Program-made: the position numbers and the translations under genes
The notes under the pieces: generated by a model
What the model was told of the DNA's origin: nothing
Seen by the model: the letters and a program-made list of their open reading frames with translations, nothing else
The model's database searches: none
Shown: positions 1-11,650 of the stretch, in pieces
Numbering within the stretch: the first letter of the stretch is position 1
Layout of the letters: each line of letters opens with the position of its first letter
Origin: Anolis carolinensis
Taxonomy: Eukaryota
Reading direction: 5' to 3'
Assembly (NCBI RefSeq): GCF_035594765.1
Contig: NC_085846.1
Span: 23,795,190-23,859,189, forward strand
DNA: 64,000 nt

Positions 1-875
1 TCACTTTCAGCTCTTACGGTTCTACATTTGTCTCTCTGTTCTATACTTAATCTACCATGAATTCAGCATATACTGGTACTTTTCACTATAATGTAAGACA
101 GAACATCATATTCTGAGCATAAGTTGGAATAACAGGTGCTGGGTGCATACAGGGAGGACTCTAGACTTCAAGCCAAACTTTCAGCTTTATTCATTTGTTC
201 TGTTCATATCTTGCTTTTACTCTAAAGAGCTTGCAGTGGCATGTATGGTCTTCCTCAATGTGAGAGACAGTGACTGGCCCAAGAGTCATATTGTGAACTT
301 CATGGCCAAGAGAGAATTCCAGTTCTCCAAGATTCTTACCATGATGCCTGCTATACTATGCAGAAGTATTGGCCACAGTTGGAAGCAGAATGTTAGGGTA
401 GAGTGAACCCTTGATCTGCTCCAACAAGGCTCATATTATTTCATTTTATGGGGATGCTTTCCTCCTCATATATCAGGTGAAGAGTTGCCTGGGATGGCAA
501 AGCCATGATATTTTGTGACCAGCATGTAGGGAGTATGCTGAAGTGCAACTCAAGGACTTTTTTCACAGTAAAGGTAGGGAAACATTGGCATATATGGTCT
601 TCTTTCTTCTTTCTCTTTGGCGTGTGTATGGTAGCATGCCTTCTTCATTATAGCAGTTCTAATTAAAAGCTAAGGCTTGCCTTTTACTGGTTTGAATTCT
701 ACAAGTTGAAAGGGCATTGTGTTATGCACTGCTGCCCCTTTTGTGTGTGTGGATTATGTTCATACTGTCATGATAAATTCCACACTTCATATAGTGTCAG
801 TGCACTACTGGGTGTGTATCTCCTTTTTCTTAAAAATAGGAACAAGTTTCCTTCCAATTTTATTTCTTTCCTATA

Positions 876-1100
876 TGTGTGTGCACCTTTAAGTTGCCTG
901 TTGACTTGTGTCAATCCCATGAATTTAATAGAGTTTTCTTAGGCGAGGAGTACTCAGAGGTGGTTTTACCAGTTCCTGATATATAGCCTACAGCACTGGG
1001 TATTCATTGCCAGTTTACCAACTAAGTACTAAGCAGGGCTGACCCTGCTTGACTTTCAAGATCAGACAGGATACGCTGCCTTAGAGTATTGGTGGTAGGC
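876..1100 (-). mobile_element. 5S rRNA-derived SINE with RTE-type 3' tail
   Basis: Reverse complement of 986-1100 resembles 5S rRNA (ctgatcttgaaagtcaagcagggtcagccctgcttagtactt...gaatacccagtgctgtaggct). It is followed by a tail ending ...caacttaaaggtgcacacaca. Confidence 0.8.
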
Positions 1101-2093
1101 CTCACATTTCGTCCAGTTCTACAAATAATAAGCAAGCATGTACTGCATTGTAAGAATTGCATTTTCTGTGAAATGGAGGCAGGACACACACACACTCACT
1201 CACACACTTTGTGTTCTAGGGAAATGTGATATCTCCACAGCAAGCTCAACTCCATGGGTTGAAATGTCTAGATCCTGGCAACAAAATAGTAACAACTGAG
1301 TATTTGCCCATGAAGAAATGTTCTCCTTTTCAAAGCAAGTAGCTCCCAGAACATTCACCCTTGCTTTCTGTAGGCCCTATTACAATTTATGTGAGCATGC
1401 CTCTGCTTATATTCTGACTGGGTAGGGTGATTTAAGCAGGAAAAGCCCCGTGTTGTGTGACTGTCCCTCTGTGGTGAAAACCAAGGCCTTGAGATAGGGA
1501 AGACAGCCGTTTGGGATATCTTCTTACCGTGTGTTGTGTGACCCTCTCCCTTGACGTGATCTGAAAGGCCAGCCACGCTAAGAAGGATGTGTGGATGAAA
1601 GGGCTCCAATGGTCTGCTGTCCACTCATGTCTACATAAATAGTTTCTCTGACGTTAAGTCCAAAAGCACATGAGGAGGGTGTAGAATGGGCCAGTGGCCT
1701 ATAAATAACCCAGGGCTATTTTAAACATTTGGGTTTTGAATTAACATGCTGGTAAATACAGGCCTTGCTCTTGACCTGGCTAGAAATATCTTAAAGGCTG
1801 CAATGATATGACTTATCACTGTAGCTTGTGGGTGATGAAGAAACTAAAAAGCAATATTGGATATGCAGGAATTTGCCTTAAATGAAATCAGGCCATTGGT
1901 CCATTTAGCTCAGAAATATCAACATCCAGTCTGGGAAGGCTATAGCCCTGCAGATGTTGGTGACTGCTAATTACAACCATATAAGAAAACATTGCTAAAC
2001 ATACATTAAAGAAAAGGCATTCATCTGAAGGCTGTTGTGTAATCTGGCACCTGAACACATCCAATATTAGAGTGTGATGGACATCACTTAGAG

Positions 2094-2228
2094 CAGTGGT
2101 TCTCAATCTGTGGGTACCCAGATGTTTTGGCTTTCAACTCACAGAAATCCTAACAGCTGGTAAACTGTCTGGGATTTCTGGGAGTTGTAGGCCAAAACAC
2201 ATGGGGACCCACAGGTTGAGAACCACTG
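2094..2228. mobile_element. 135-bp hAT (Charlie/Buster-type) MITE
   Basis: TIRs cagtggttctcaa / ttgagaaccactg, palindromic body, 8-bp TSD acttagag/ccttagag with central TA. Confidence 0.9.
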
Positions 2229-3020
2229 CCTTAGAGTGACATTCTACAAAATGAGTACCAGTAATGTGAAGGACCCAAGCATTGTGTCTTGATTTATTTG
2301 ACAGCCTTGAAAATGAAGCCAAGAACTGGTATCTGAATGGCATTTAAAGAGAAGGCATGGCCTTGTAGGCTGATGGGTAGCATGTCATGGGCCCTATTGT
2401 TGGTTTCCATTTGTCTGATTTGTTAGAAATAGGAGCAAATTTCGAATCCTTTTTTGGCTAAATTACCTTTCAAAAATTAGGGTGCACATTAGATTTGCAT
2501 AATATGGTACTCTTAGTGCTGAGCCAAAGCAAAAGGGTCAAGCTACTTCATCTGGAGATCCTATTTGAGGGACATCATTTCTAATTTAATTGCCATAGCT
2601 TAATGCGATGCAATCCTGGAATTTGTACTTTGGTGAGGCATCAGCATTCTTTGGCAGCTCCCATGACCCCATAGCATTGTGTCAGAACAGTTAAAGTGGA
2701 TTCATTCTACAGCATAGTGGCTGCATGCTTATAATTCCTTCTTTAAAAACAAAAGTGCAGAACACCAAAGCTTTCAGCAATAGAAAAGAAAACCTTGGAG
2801 TGCATATTTAAAACCTGTTGTAATTCTTGCAAGTCCATTGTTGACACTAGTCTGGCTGATGCATTGGCACTGAACACCTTTCAAAGGGATTCCCATCTAG
2901 GATTTACCTGGATTATATTAGTATAATTGGGAGTTAACTGAGGCATGAACCACTATTGGCAAATTTACCTTCCACTATAAAGAGTTTATGAAAAAAAGTC
3001 ATATTGGAGGCACATCTGTA

Positions 3021-3439
3021 CCGTGTTTCCCCGAAAATAAGACAGTGTCTTATATTAATTTTTGCTCCCAAAGATGCTCTAGGTCTTATTTTCAGGGGAT
3101 GTCTTATTTTTCCATGAAGAAGAATTCATATTTATTGTTAAACAAAAAAATGAACATTTATTATATACTGTACAGTAGTTGTCATCACAAACAAGCATAA
3201 CCAGACAAACTGTGAATCCTATCAAGAATTTCTTGTTACTACCATTATTTCCATGTACAACACCCTATGGTACGTACATTTACCAATCCTGCATTCCCTG
3301 GTGTTCTGTTCATTGGGCATGCTTCCAAACAAAAACTTTGCTAGGTCTTACTTTCGGGGGAGGCCTTACATTTAGCAATTCAGCAAAACCTCTACTAGGT
3401 CTTATTTTCTGGGGATGTCTTATTTTAGGGGAAACAGGG
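3021..3439. mobile_element. Non-autonomous Tc1/mariner (Tc2-like) DNA transposon
   Basis: TIR ccgtgtttccccgaaaataagac / gtcttattttaggggaaacaggg, TA on both sides, internal taggtctta repeats. Confidence 0.85.
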
Positions 3440-4489
3440 TATGTATAGCATATGTTTTGCATGCAGAAAGTTCTAGTTTTGGTAGATTGAGAAATGTGGA
3501 CACTGCCCTGAAACCCTAGGAAGCTTTTGCCAGAAAATGCATTGTTGGAATTACTGAAGTAAACAAAGCAGATGAGAAAGTATGGCTGTGGATCAGCATG
3601 GCTTGCTAAAACTTGGGTGGTTGATGAGAATGTGACAGTGTTCTTTCTAGCAGGTATCCTTGAGCAGAGATGAAGAAGTGGAATAAAGCTAACAATAAAA
3701 GTCAGTGCATATTTACTCAAGAGTTAAGTCCCAGGTGTTCATTGGGGATTGCTTTTATTGTACATAGGTATACTCTATAAGGCAGTTCTTGCTTCCGTTT
3801 GTATTATAACGTCATAATACAAAATTGAGTATGAATTCTGAGTATGTGGAATTGTTTCATAGAGCTGCACTGGCATAGGGTTCAAATTAAAAGATATAGT
3901 AGAAGGAATCTGAGGACACAGAGAACACTTGAGACACAAAATGCTCCATTCTTTATTTACACTAGTCTGTTATTAAAATGGAGGAATGGGTGGCCTAGTA
4001 ATGTATGATCCAGTTAAGATGAAACTTCAGAACATGAGAGATGAGAGGTTGAAAAAATGTCAGTGGCTGGTAAGGGTACAGCTTTCTTGGTCATGACAGT
4101 ATGCATACTTTATCCACAATGCAAACTGTTGGGATTGTTATGGGTGTAACATGTTGCCTTGGTGCATTTTAAAAAGCAGATATACCTAGCTTTAATATCT
4201 GCAAATGTGAATTTAGGATTACACCTTTCAGTGGGAGGTTTGTTGTGGTTGCTGTTTAAATCACATCCTTAAAGAGCATCCCATTCAAAACCATTGAGTT
4301 TAATAAATCATTCAGCCTGTCTCTGTAGGTGGACACTGACATCCACAACACAGAAGCAGCCATTCCACTCCCTTTTGTTCTAGACTTGCCTTCCTTTGCT
4401 TGGCTGCCGGCACTGCCTTTCCCCAGGGGATCTTTTCCACTGACCCCAGTGGTTGAAAAGCAGCTTCTGATAGGCAGGCAGCTCCTTTT

Positions 4490-4700
4490 GCCTGAACCAT
4501 CCCAGCTCCCAGCGAGCTCAGCCGGGTTTATTTATAGCTGGCTCCTCCCTGACAACCTTCTATTTTGAGTCACCCCGGCAGAAGCCATCTCGCTTGGTGG
4601 CAGGGATGGGAAGCAGTCGCATGCACAGAGCCGTCTCATGGAAAAGGAGCCTTCATCAGATTGACAGGCAGCTGCCGCTTTCCTTTTGTTAGAGTTCTCT
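4490..4700 (+). promoter_or_regulatory. Candidate alternative HDAC5 promoter/enhancer with MEF2 site
   Basis: Repeat-free, locally CpG-richer stretch. TTATTTATAG at 4528-4537 matches YTAWWWWTAR. It lies about 700 bp upstream of an in-frame ATG. Confidence 0.4.
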
Positions 4701-5246
4701 CCTACAGACTCATTCCCGGATGTTTTGTTCTGTTTTTTTTTAAACCTTCTCTTATGTTTTAAGGAAATGTTGTAAAATGTGTCGTTTCCGGAATGAATCA
4801 AACTGCACCTGAGATGTAAACCCTTCCCTTTCCTTATTTTTTGCCTCTGCTTCCTTCTGTATTTTGAGATTCGTCTCTCCCATTGCTCTGGAGTTGAGAG
4901 AACAGTTGTCTCCTTTCCACTTCTTCTGCCTGCAAGGAATTTTTTTCATCTCTAAACACTTTTTATTTTTCTTTCCTGGTGGCTTCAATTTATTCTTGGA
5001 GGAGGTCGCCTTACCACCACGACCTCCCTTTGTTTCAGTTGTTGTGAAACACTTTAAGTTTTACTATACCACAAGGAGGACAGATGTGCACATGTGTTTC
5101 TGACTAGTCTTAATAGGGGGTTGCTGGATGACTTGAAATGGCAGTCTAACATAAGAAAAGGTAACCCCACTCAAAGCCTTTGATTGTGCAACGGATTGTC
5201 ATAAAGGAAACTGAAGTGGAATAACAGTGTGCGACCGCTCCTTGGC

Positions 5247-5325
5247 ATGCTTCTTGTATCCTCGGTGTTGGGACTGCCAAAGATGTTGCAGACAATTTAT
5301 GAAACTGAATCGTGTTTCTCTTCAG
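5247..5325 (+). CDS. HDAC5: Putative alternative N-terminal extension of HDAC5 (MLLVSSVLGLPKMLQTIYETESCFSS)
   Basis: ATG 5247 (G at -3) and ATG 5283 (A at -3) are in frame, with no stop, with the exon at 5326. Confidence 0.6.
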
Positions 5326-5397
5326 ATGGAGTCTCTGGGCGTGAGCCATCCTTGGAACTCCTGTCGCGGGCACAGATCCATGCCATACCTGTGGCAG
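5326..5397 (+). CDS. HDAC5: HDAC5 coding exon A (DGVSGREPSLELLSRAQIHAIPVA)
   Basis: ttcag acceptor, G|gtaagt donor, 72 bp, phase 1-1. Matches human HDAC5 DGMSGREPSLEILPRTSLHSIPV. Confidence 0.93.
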
Positions 5398-6781
5398 GTA
5401 AGTGTTTTAAGGATCTTTAAAATGAGCCTTTAAAATAATAGTTTAAACTGTAATCAAGTATGCTTGAGGTTGGTCTGCAAGTAGGGACAAGGTAGTTGGC
5501 ATGTTTAGGACATCAGAGTGTTCCTGAACAGTATACAAAGGCAACTGAACCTCAGTAGTGGGACTCCGTGTTTCATAGAATTTGGCCTTTCTGGGCCTGC
5601 GGGCAGGATGGAAATGAGTACCAGGTACCTATTCCACTTGGAAAACATACAGTCTTTGTTCAGAACTGGTGCCTGACGGATTTCAGTATGTTTATATGTA
5701 GAGCCATTAATTTTCATATAGGCCACTTGAAAATTCTTGCAAGTCTGTGAGTGAGGATTGAATTTGAATCAGGCCTCAGTTCCATAACATTTGAAATGCT
5801 AATATTCTGTCACTGAATATGTAACAGACTATATGTGCTGAAAAGTGCCTCTGATAATAGGAAAAATGTTTTCCAGTCAAAGGTAAAGAATCACAATCAC
5901 CCTCTGTGCACTTAAAGATTAGGGTGCCAGGTTTCTTACCCAACATAAGGCCCAACACCTATATTTCATCACTAGCACTATAGCACTTCACCCTAGAATG
6001 TTACTGCTAATCTCTAGAACCATTTCGTTATTATCCTGTAACAAATTGGGCCTTTTGCTGAATAGAAAATACAGAAGACTTGAAGGGCAAAGCACCAAAA
6101 GCAGTATTTGGGACTCAGTACATTTTTGAAATTTAGGTAGCAAAATGGTTTCGAGATAAGTTTTAATTTTTGAGACTTTTAGGAAAATATGGAAGTATTT
6201 TGACAATTTCACTATCACTAAAGATTGCATTGCATTCTCTTGGTTGGAATTCTGTGTACAAATATGATTTTAGTCAACATACATGTTTTTGCACATGTGC
6301 TTTATTTGCTGGATAGGAGGTCTGTCTCTCTTCAAATTTACTTCCAACTGTCTTAAAGCAGGGAACAATTGCATTTCAGAGCCGAAGTGCATTTGAAATT
6401 AACCCACTGTGGTGAGGATGATGGAAACCTGTTTTAAATTGGGAAATTTGTGGTTTTAAAACCACAGCATGGACTTCTGTTGGGTTGAGCTCTGCTCTAT
6501 AGAGTACTTAGCATTACAGTTCATACCAGCTTGATCACACTTCATTCAGTGTATGACTCACATTAATGTGAAATTAAGCCTTGGATCTCCCAATGAGCTC
6601 AGCATTGTTAGATTAATACTTGAGAATAATTTCATTTCAGGAAGTAATTGCTTTTCTTTCCCCCCATAATCATTGGGAAGCAAATATTGTGGAGGTGGAG
6701 GATGTGTGCTTGCTGGGCAATTCATAAGACTAGTTTCCCAAGGGGCAAATCTCTGGAGTTATGTTTCTAAAGATACCATAA

Positions 6782-6806
6782 GTGTGTGTGTGTGTGTGTG
6801 TGTGTA
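6782..6806. repeat. (GT)n microsatellite
   Basis: Direct reading. Confidence 0.9.
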
Positions 6807-8398
6807 TCTTGCTTTTACACAATTTCCCAGTGATTTCCCATCTAGATTGTTGATCAAGCTGATATCGTGTGACCTCAGATAGTTCCATAGACCTTTTTTG
6901 GAAGCAATCTTAGAGTAGGATTCTTTTTAAAAACCTATATTGTGGTACCTGTCTTGAGCCATTACCTGCAGTCTATTGATGTCAGAATGGTTCTGCATGC
7001 CACACACAAGTGTGATCTAGCACAAGTAGAGCATTAGATTCTTTCTATCCAGCTGTTGTTTATTTATATAAACTAGGTGGTCTAAAAATGTAAAGTTGGG
7101 TCCAAAAAGGAATTTGAACTGTTTCTTCGGGGTTATTAAAGGACATGTATACACATACGTGAATTGGCATTGATTCTTATCTACTTGTTGATTTTACCCA
7201 GTAAACAGCACAAACTCTTCACTGTCAGCCATTGGATGGACATAACTGTGAGGTAATACACTCCAGTCAACATTGTGTGTTAGCTTCAGCCAAAGTAGGT
7301 CTGTGAAATCAATAGTAACTAGGTAAGCCAGCTCTTACGTAAGGTTTGTTCATTCACCATATCTATTTGAGCTGGGACTAACAGTCGGCTTCTGCCTTGG
7401 AAGGCCAAAGGATACCTCTCCCATAGATGAATGCAGCTAACATGTTTTTTGCCAAGGCCACATGCTCAGTCTCATCCTGTTTAGAGCATGGTAACTTGCA
7501 CACCCTTTTGTGATGGTGAGCTAGATATCTGGATTTACACACTTCAGGGTGCACTTTGGCCTTCAATGATAGCTAATATTCTCTGTGTTGCTGAGTGTTT
7601 ATATCTGGCAAAGGCACAGAAGGGAAGGGGAAGAGAATGACTGATCATATTTTATGGTTTATTTGTTCTTTTCTCCTTCATTAAGGCTTGACTCATTCAA
7701 ATAGTTTAAAGCCATTTTTTGCAAAAAAAAAAAAAAAGTTTCAAGGGCACAATACTCTTATTATGGGGAAGAAAGCTCTGTGTTTCATGGATTCCGAGGG
7801 AGGTATTTTTGGATAATCCTTTCTGATATGGGATGAAATGGTCTTTTGATATTTTATAGGGCTGGAATTCTATAGATTTCCTGGAGAAGACTTGTCAGTA
7901 ATAGAACTTGCCCTAAAGAATGGGATTTTTGTGCCTTAATTGTAAACTTAGTCATAGCATGAGAGCTTTGAGAAGTTACATTTTAGAGAACAGTGCCTAG
8001 AATCGCTGTCAGTGACTTTACAGTGTGGGATTCTGGGTTTTGTAGTCCCAAAAGTAATGTTTCCAGGGTCTATGTGCTGTGGAGAGTCAGTATGAATAAA
8101 ACTGCTGTAATAAAAGAGGGTTTTAAAAAATTAATATGTTCTGCTCCATTTTTTTGAAAGATGGATAGACATTGTATTTCTGGGCATTTAACAGAGACCC
8201 CTTTGGTAAAAAACATTAGAATGAATATTGCCTGAGACTATTTAGGGATTTTTCTTCAGTTTACTAGCTTCTATATTTTGTATATTCCTGGAATTTTAAA
8301 AAGTACTGATTCATAGTATAGTTAAATATACTACAGGTATTTTGGGGATTACCTGTGTCTTCTGCAATATGTTAGCAAAATGTGCAAATACTCTAAAC

Positions 8399-8532
8399 CT
8401 GTGTTTCTTAATCTCTCCTGCTCCAGGTGTTTTGGGACTTCAGCTCCCACAAATCCCAGTTAGTTACCAACTGTTAGGTATTGTGGGAGCTGAAGTCCAA
8501 AACATCTGGAGGATTACAGTTTGAGAAACTCA
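8399..8532. mobile_element. Degenerate hAT MITE related to the 135-bp family
   Basis: Palindromic ccaggtgttttgggacttcagctcccac / gtgggagctgaagtccaaaacatctgg body; TSD ctctaaac/ttctaaac. Confidence 0.75.
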
Positions 8533-10016
8533 TTCTAAACATTTTACACATAAATTAGAGGCTACAGGTATTCAAAAACACGTGTGTATCTTACTACTAC
8601 ATTTTGTATGCCTGCAATAGAACGCATCATGGTAAGGCTAGTTCTTCTGCACCAATCATATCATGTTGAATAGCTCAGCAATGGTATAAGTTGCCTAAGA
8701 ATATTATATAATCTCATTTCTTGGTGATTTCAGGTCTTATCTACATCTGCTGCAAAAAGCAGTTGGGGATGAGGCAGTAGAATGAACTGTACAATTGAAG
8801 ATTACAAGAAGAATATCATATTTTTGAATGCATCCCTATGCAAAGTCAAAAGACATAAAATATCCTCTGGTAATATCCACCTTGCAGCTAGACAAAACTT
8901 TCTTATTCAATGTACAGTTTTCTCCTGACATCATTTATTTATTGATTTCACATACCCGAGCATTCAAATCATGACTCCCCTTCACCAAATCTGAGGTCTG
9001 AGATAAACTGCTAAACTCTTCGTTTTAATATCATAACTCTTTGTTCTGGTGCAGTTATAAACCAGGACTTAAGTCTTGTTTGCCATGCTATACTTAACAA
9101 GAGAAGAAATAATGAAACTACTTAAGAGATGGCAAAGTAGAAATACAGGTGGATTGTGTCAACATCAAGCTAACATGACATCACAAAGTTTAAAAATGGA
9201 ATAGGAAAACAAAACAAAAGCATATTCTCAGTTTCTACTAACACCATATTTTTACAACAAGCAGCATGAGTGAGATGTGATTCCAGAGTAGTGCTTCTAC
9301 TTTAACTATTTATTGTTTCAGAAGTTGAGAGAATGTTGTTGAGTCTCAAGTGGATATTTACATCGCGCCAGAGGACCAAGAGAAAGTAGCATAGACAAAT
9401 AATGAAGTTTGGATGTTTTTCCAGATTTGCAGGATGGAGATTTTGAAGAAAAGCTTGTGTAGATTTCTTTTATTAATGCTAAAGGAACAAAAAGGTTATC
9501 CTCTTGAATTTAGCCCAGTGTCTTGCACCCTCAATTTTATCACTCAAGAATGGCCGTTTGAATATAGTTCAGGCATTGTATCTGGGCTGTCCTTTGTCTA
9601 AATTCTGGACCATGTATACCCTTATCCTTGGAAGCAAAGCAGTATTGGAAAGGGAGGAGATGACTGAAAGTTTTGTTGAAGCAGAACTCAGGAAAACATA
9701 ACTGTGTAGAAGGTATTGAAGCTCCTGTGCACATATTCACACCACACACGTATTTATCATGGTGAAATCATGAGCATTTTCACCCTTCTTATTTACTGTT
9801 TTCAAAATTTAATCAGACATGGCTTGTGTACTTTTTCTCTTCAACCATGATAGAGGAAATTTGTTTTTCAAACAAGCTGAAAAAGAATCTAAAGCCAAAG
9901 TTCTTCAGATGCTTATTTAGAATGCTAGACACTGCTAGCATCTCAGGCTGTTGCCTTGGAAAGTATTTGCAGTGTAATCATGGAGACATGAAACATACAC
10001 AGACTTCTAGTTTAGA

Positions 10017-10101
10017 AATCTAAACAACTATAGCAGTTTTCTCCAGCAATCAAAATTGGCTATTTCGATTGCTGGAGGAAATTGCTATAGTTGTTTAGAT
10101 T
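10017..10101. repeat. 85-bp near-perfect hairpin
   Basis: 40-nt arms at 10017-10056 and 10062-10101, 37/40 Watson-Crick, 5-nt loop. Confidence 0.9.
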
Positions 10102-11404
10102 AGTATTCAGATTAACTTGGTATCTGGCTTTACAGTTGCTTCTGTTTTTTTCTGCAGAGTTTCCAAACCACACTCTTTGGGGCTCATTCAGACTGATTAA
10201 AAGACTAGACAGACCCAGATTTTGTTCCTCTTCTGACTGATTTTATTTTTGAATTTTACATTTTGTTTACTCCAGAAATATCTTCTGTCACCTCCTGGTG
10301 TGAGCAGATATTATTTTTATACCCGTTCCCCAGGTCAGTTTATCTTAATCCAGTACAAAATCAGAAAGAATGTGAACATCTGGGACTTTTTGGTTAGTCT
10401 TTGTTTTGTGACCTTTATTCAGGTAAACGTAGGAACCATTTATATTTCAAATGGTAAGCAGTAAAATATCTCAATCAGAACTCCCATCTCCTTTCCTTCC
10501 TCCATCTTTAGTGATTCTTTCGCATGTCCATTTTCGTTCCCGTGGACCATTGTTATCCTTCACTTGTATTTTGAATAAATATGAATAGTTTATGACAGGA
10601 GTGGGAATGGGGGCTGGGGGGAATATGCCAGTGTCTAAGAATATCAGAGTGGGTATTTTTAGTGCAAAGGTCTAAGCTGCTTATGGCTGCCAACCAGATT
10701 TTAACTCTTGTCATTACTGAACTGACAGTTCCTTCTTCATCATTGTGGTGCTTTCTTTTTATCTCTTGCTCAAACTCAGAGCAAAAGGGAGATTGTGAGT
10801 GTAGAGTCTGAAAAGTATGAACCAGCTAGAGTAATAATCTGTTATAATCTTTAGATAAACCTATTTTTTCTGTTGTAAACCCATGTTCACTGCTGAGTCC
10901 TGTTTCAGATACCAGTTGGAGGCATTACAAATCTTCATACCCACACCCAGTAGCAGAGATATGGATGAAAACCTGAAGTTCTGACTGAAATCTCTGAAGC
11001 TGGATTTGGGAGGTGATAGGAGCCAAGGGAAGCTTCTAGCAGCTGCATGATACTAGTATTGGAGTTTTGTAATTCCTTCCTAGGCTTTAGTAGTGGCTGG
11101 TGGTTTTTGTGTTAGTAGTGAGGGTGGTTAATCCACTCTGGGTTGTAGTCCAGACTTTAAAAGTGCTATCCTCCAAATAGATTCAGTGCTTTGGATGGCT
11201 CCTTTAAAGTTTGGAAGACAATCCAAAGTTCTTTATGAGCCTCCTGACATGAGAGACACCATCTTCTGCTTCTCTCCTAAAAGAGCCTGTCCTCCTCGGA
11301 GGTATTCCAAGCCTTTCCTGGGATGACTCTGAGGAAAAATATTCCATTTTCAGATTTCATCTAAGCAGCAACGAATGAGTCAGTGTGACTAGCCCTTTTA
11401 TGGG

Positions 11405-11650
11405 AAGCTCAGTGATAGGATGTGTGCTTTTAGTTATTTTTAATTTGATTCATACCATGCATTTCCCCCAAAAATTGGGAATCAAGGCAGCTTTGCATGC
11501 AGAAGATGCCATGTCCAAATCCTAGCCTGTCCAGGTAAGACTGGTTTCCTGCCTGAAACCTTGAGTGTTGATGCTAGTTAATGTGGACAGTACTGGGCTA
11601 AATGGAGGCATGTTTCTACTTTTGATGAGGCAGCTTCTTGTGTTTCTTCA
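11405..11650 (+). mobile_element. Old tRNA-derived SINE with CR1-type tail (Squam3-like), interrupted
   Basis: gctcagtg...gcatgcagaag head; cctgcctgaaaccttg...tactgggctaaatgga...aggcagcttcttgtgtt tail. A similar tail fragment lies at about 33200-33270. Confidence 0.5.

Noticed and set aside
986-1100. 5S rRNA gene
   Set aside because: Heavily diverged and fused to a SINE tail; a second copy has the same structure.
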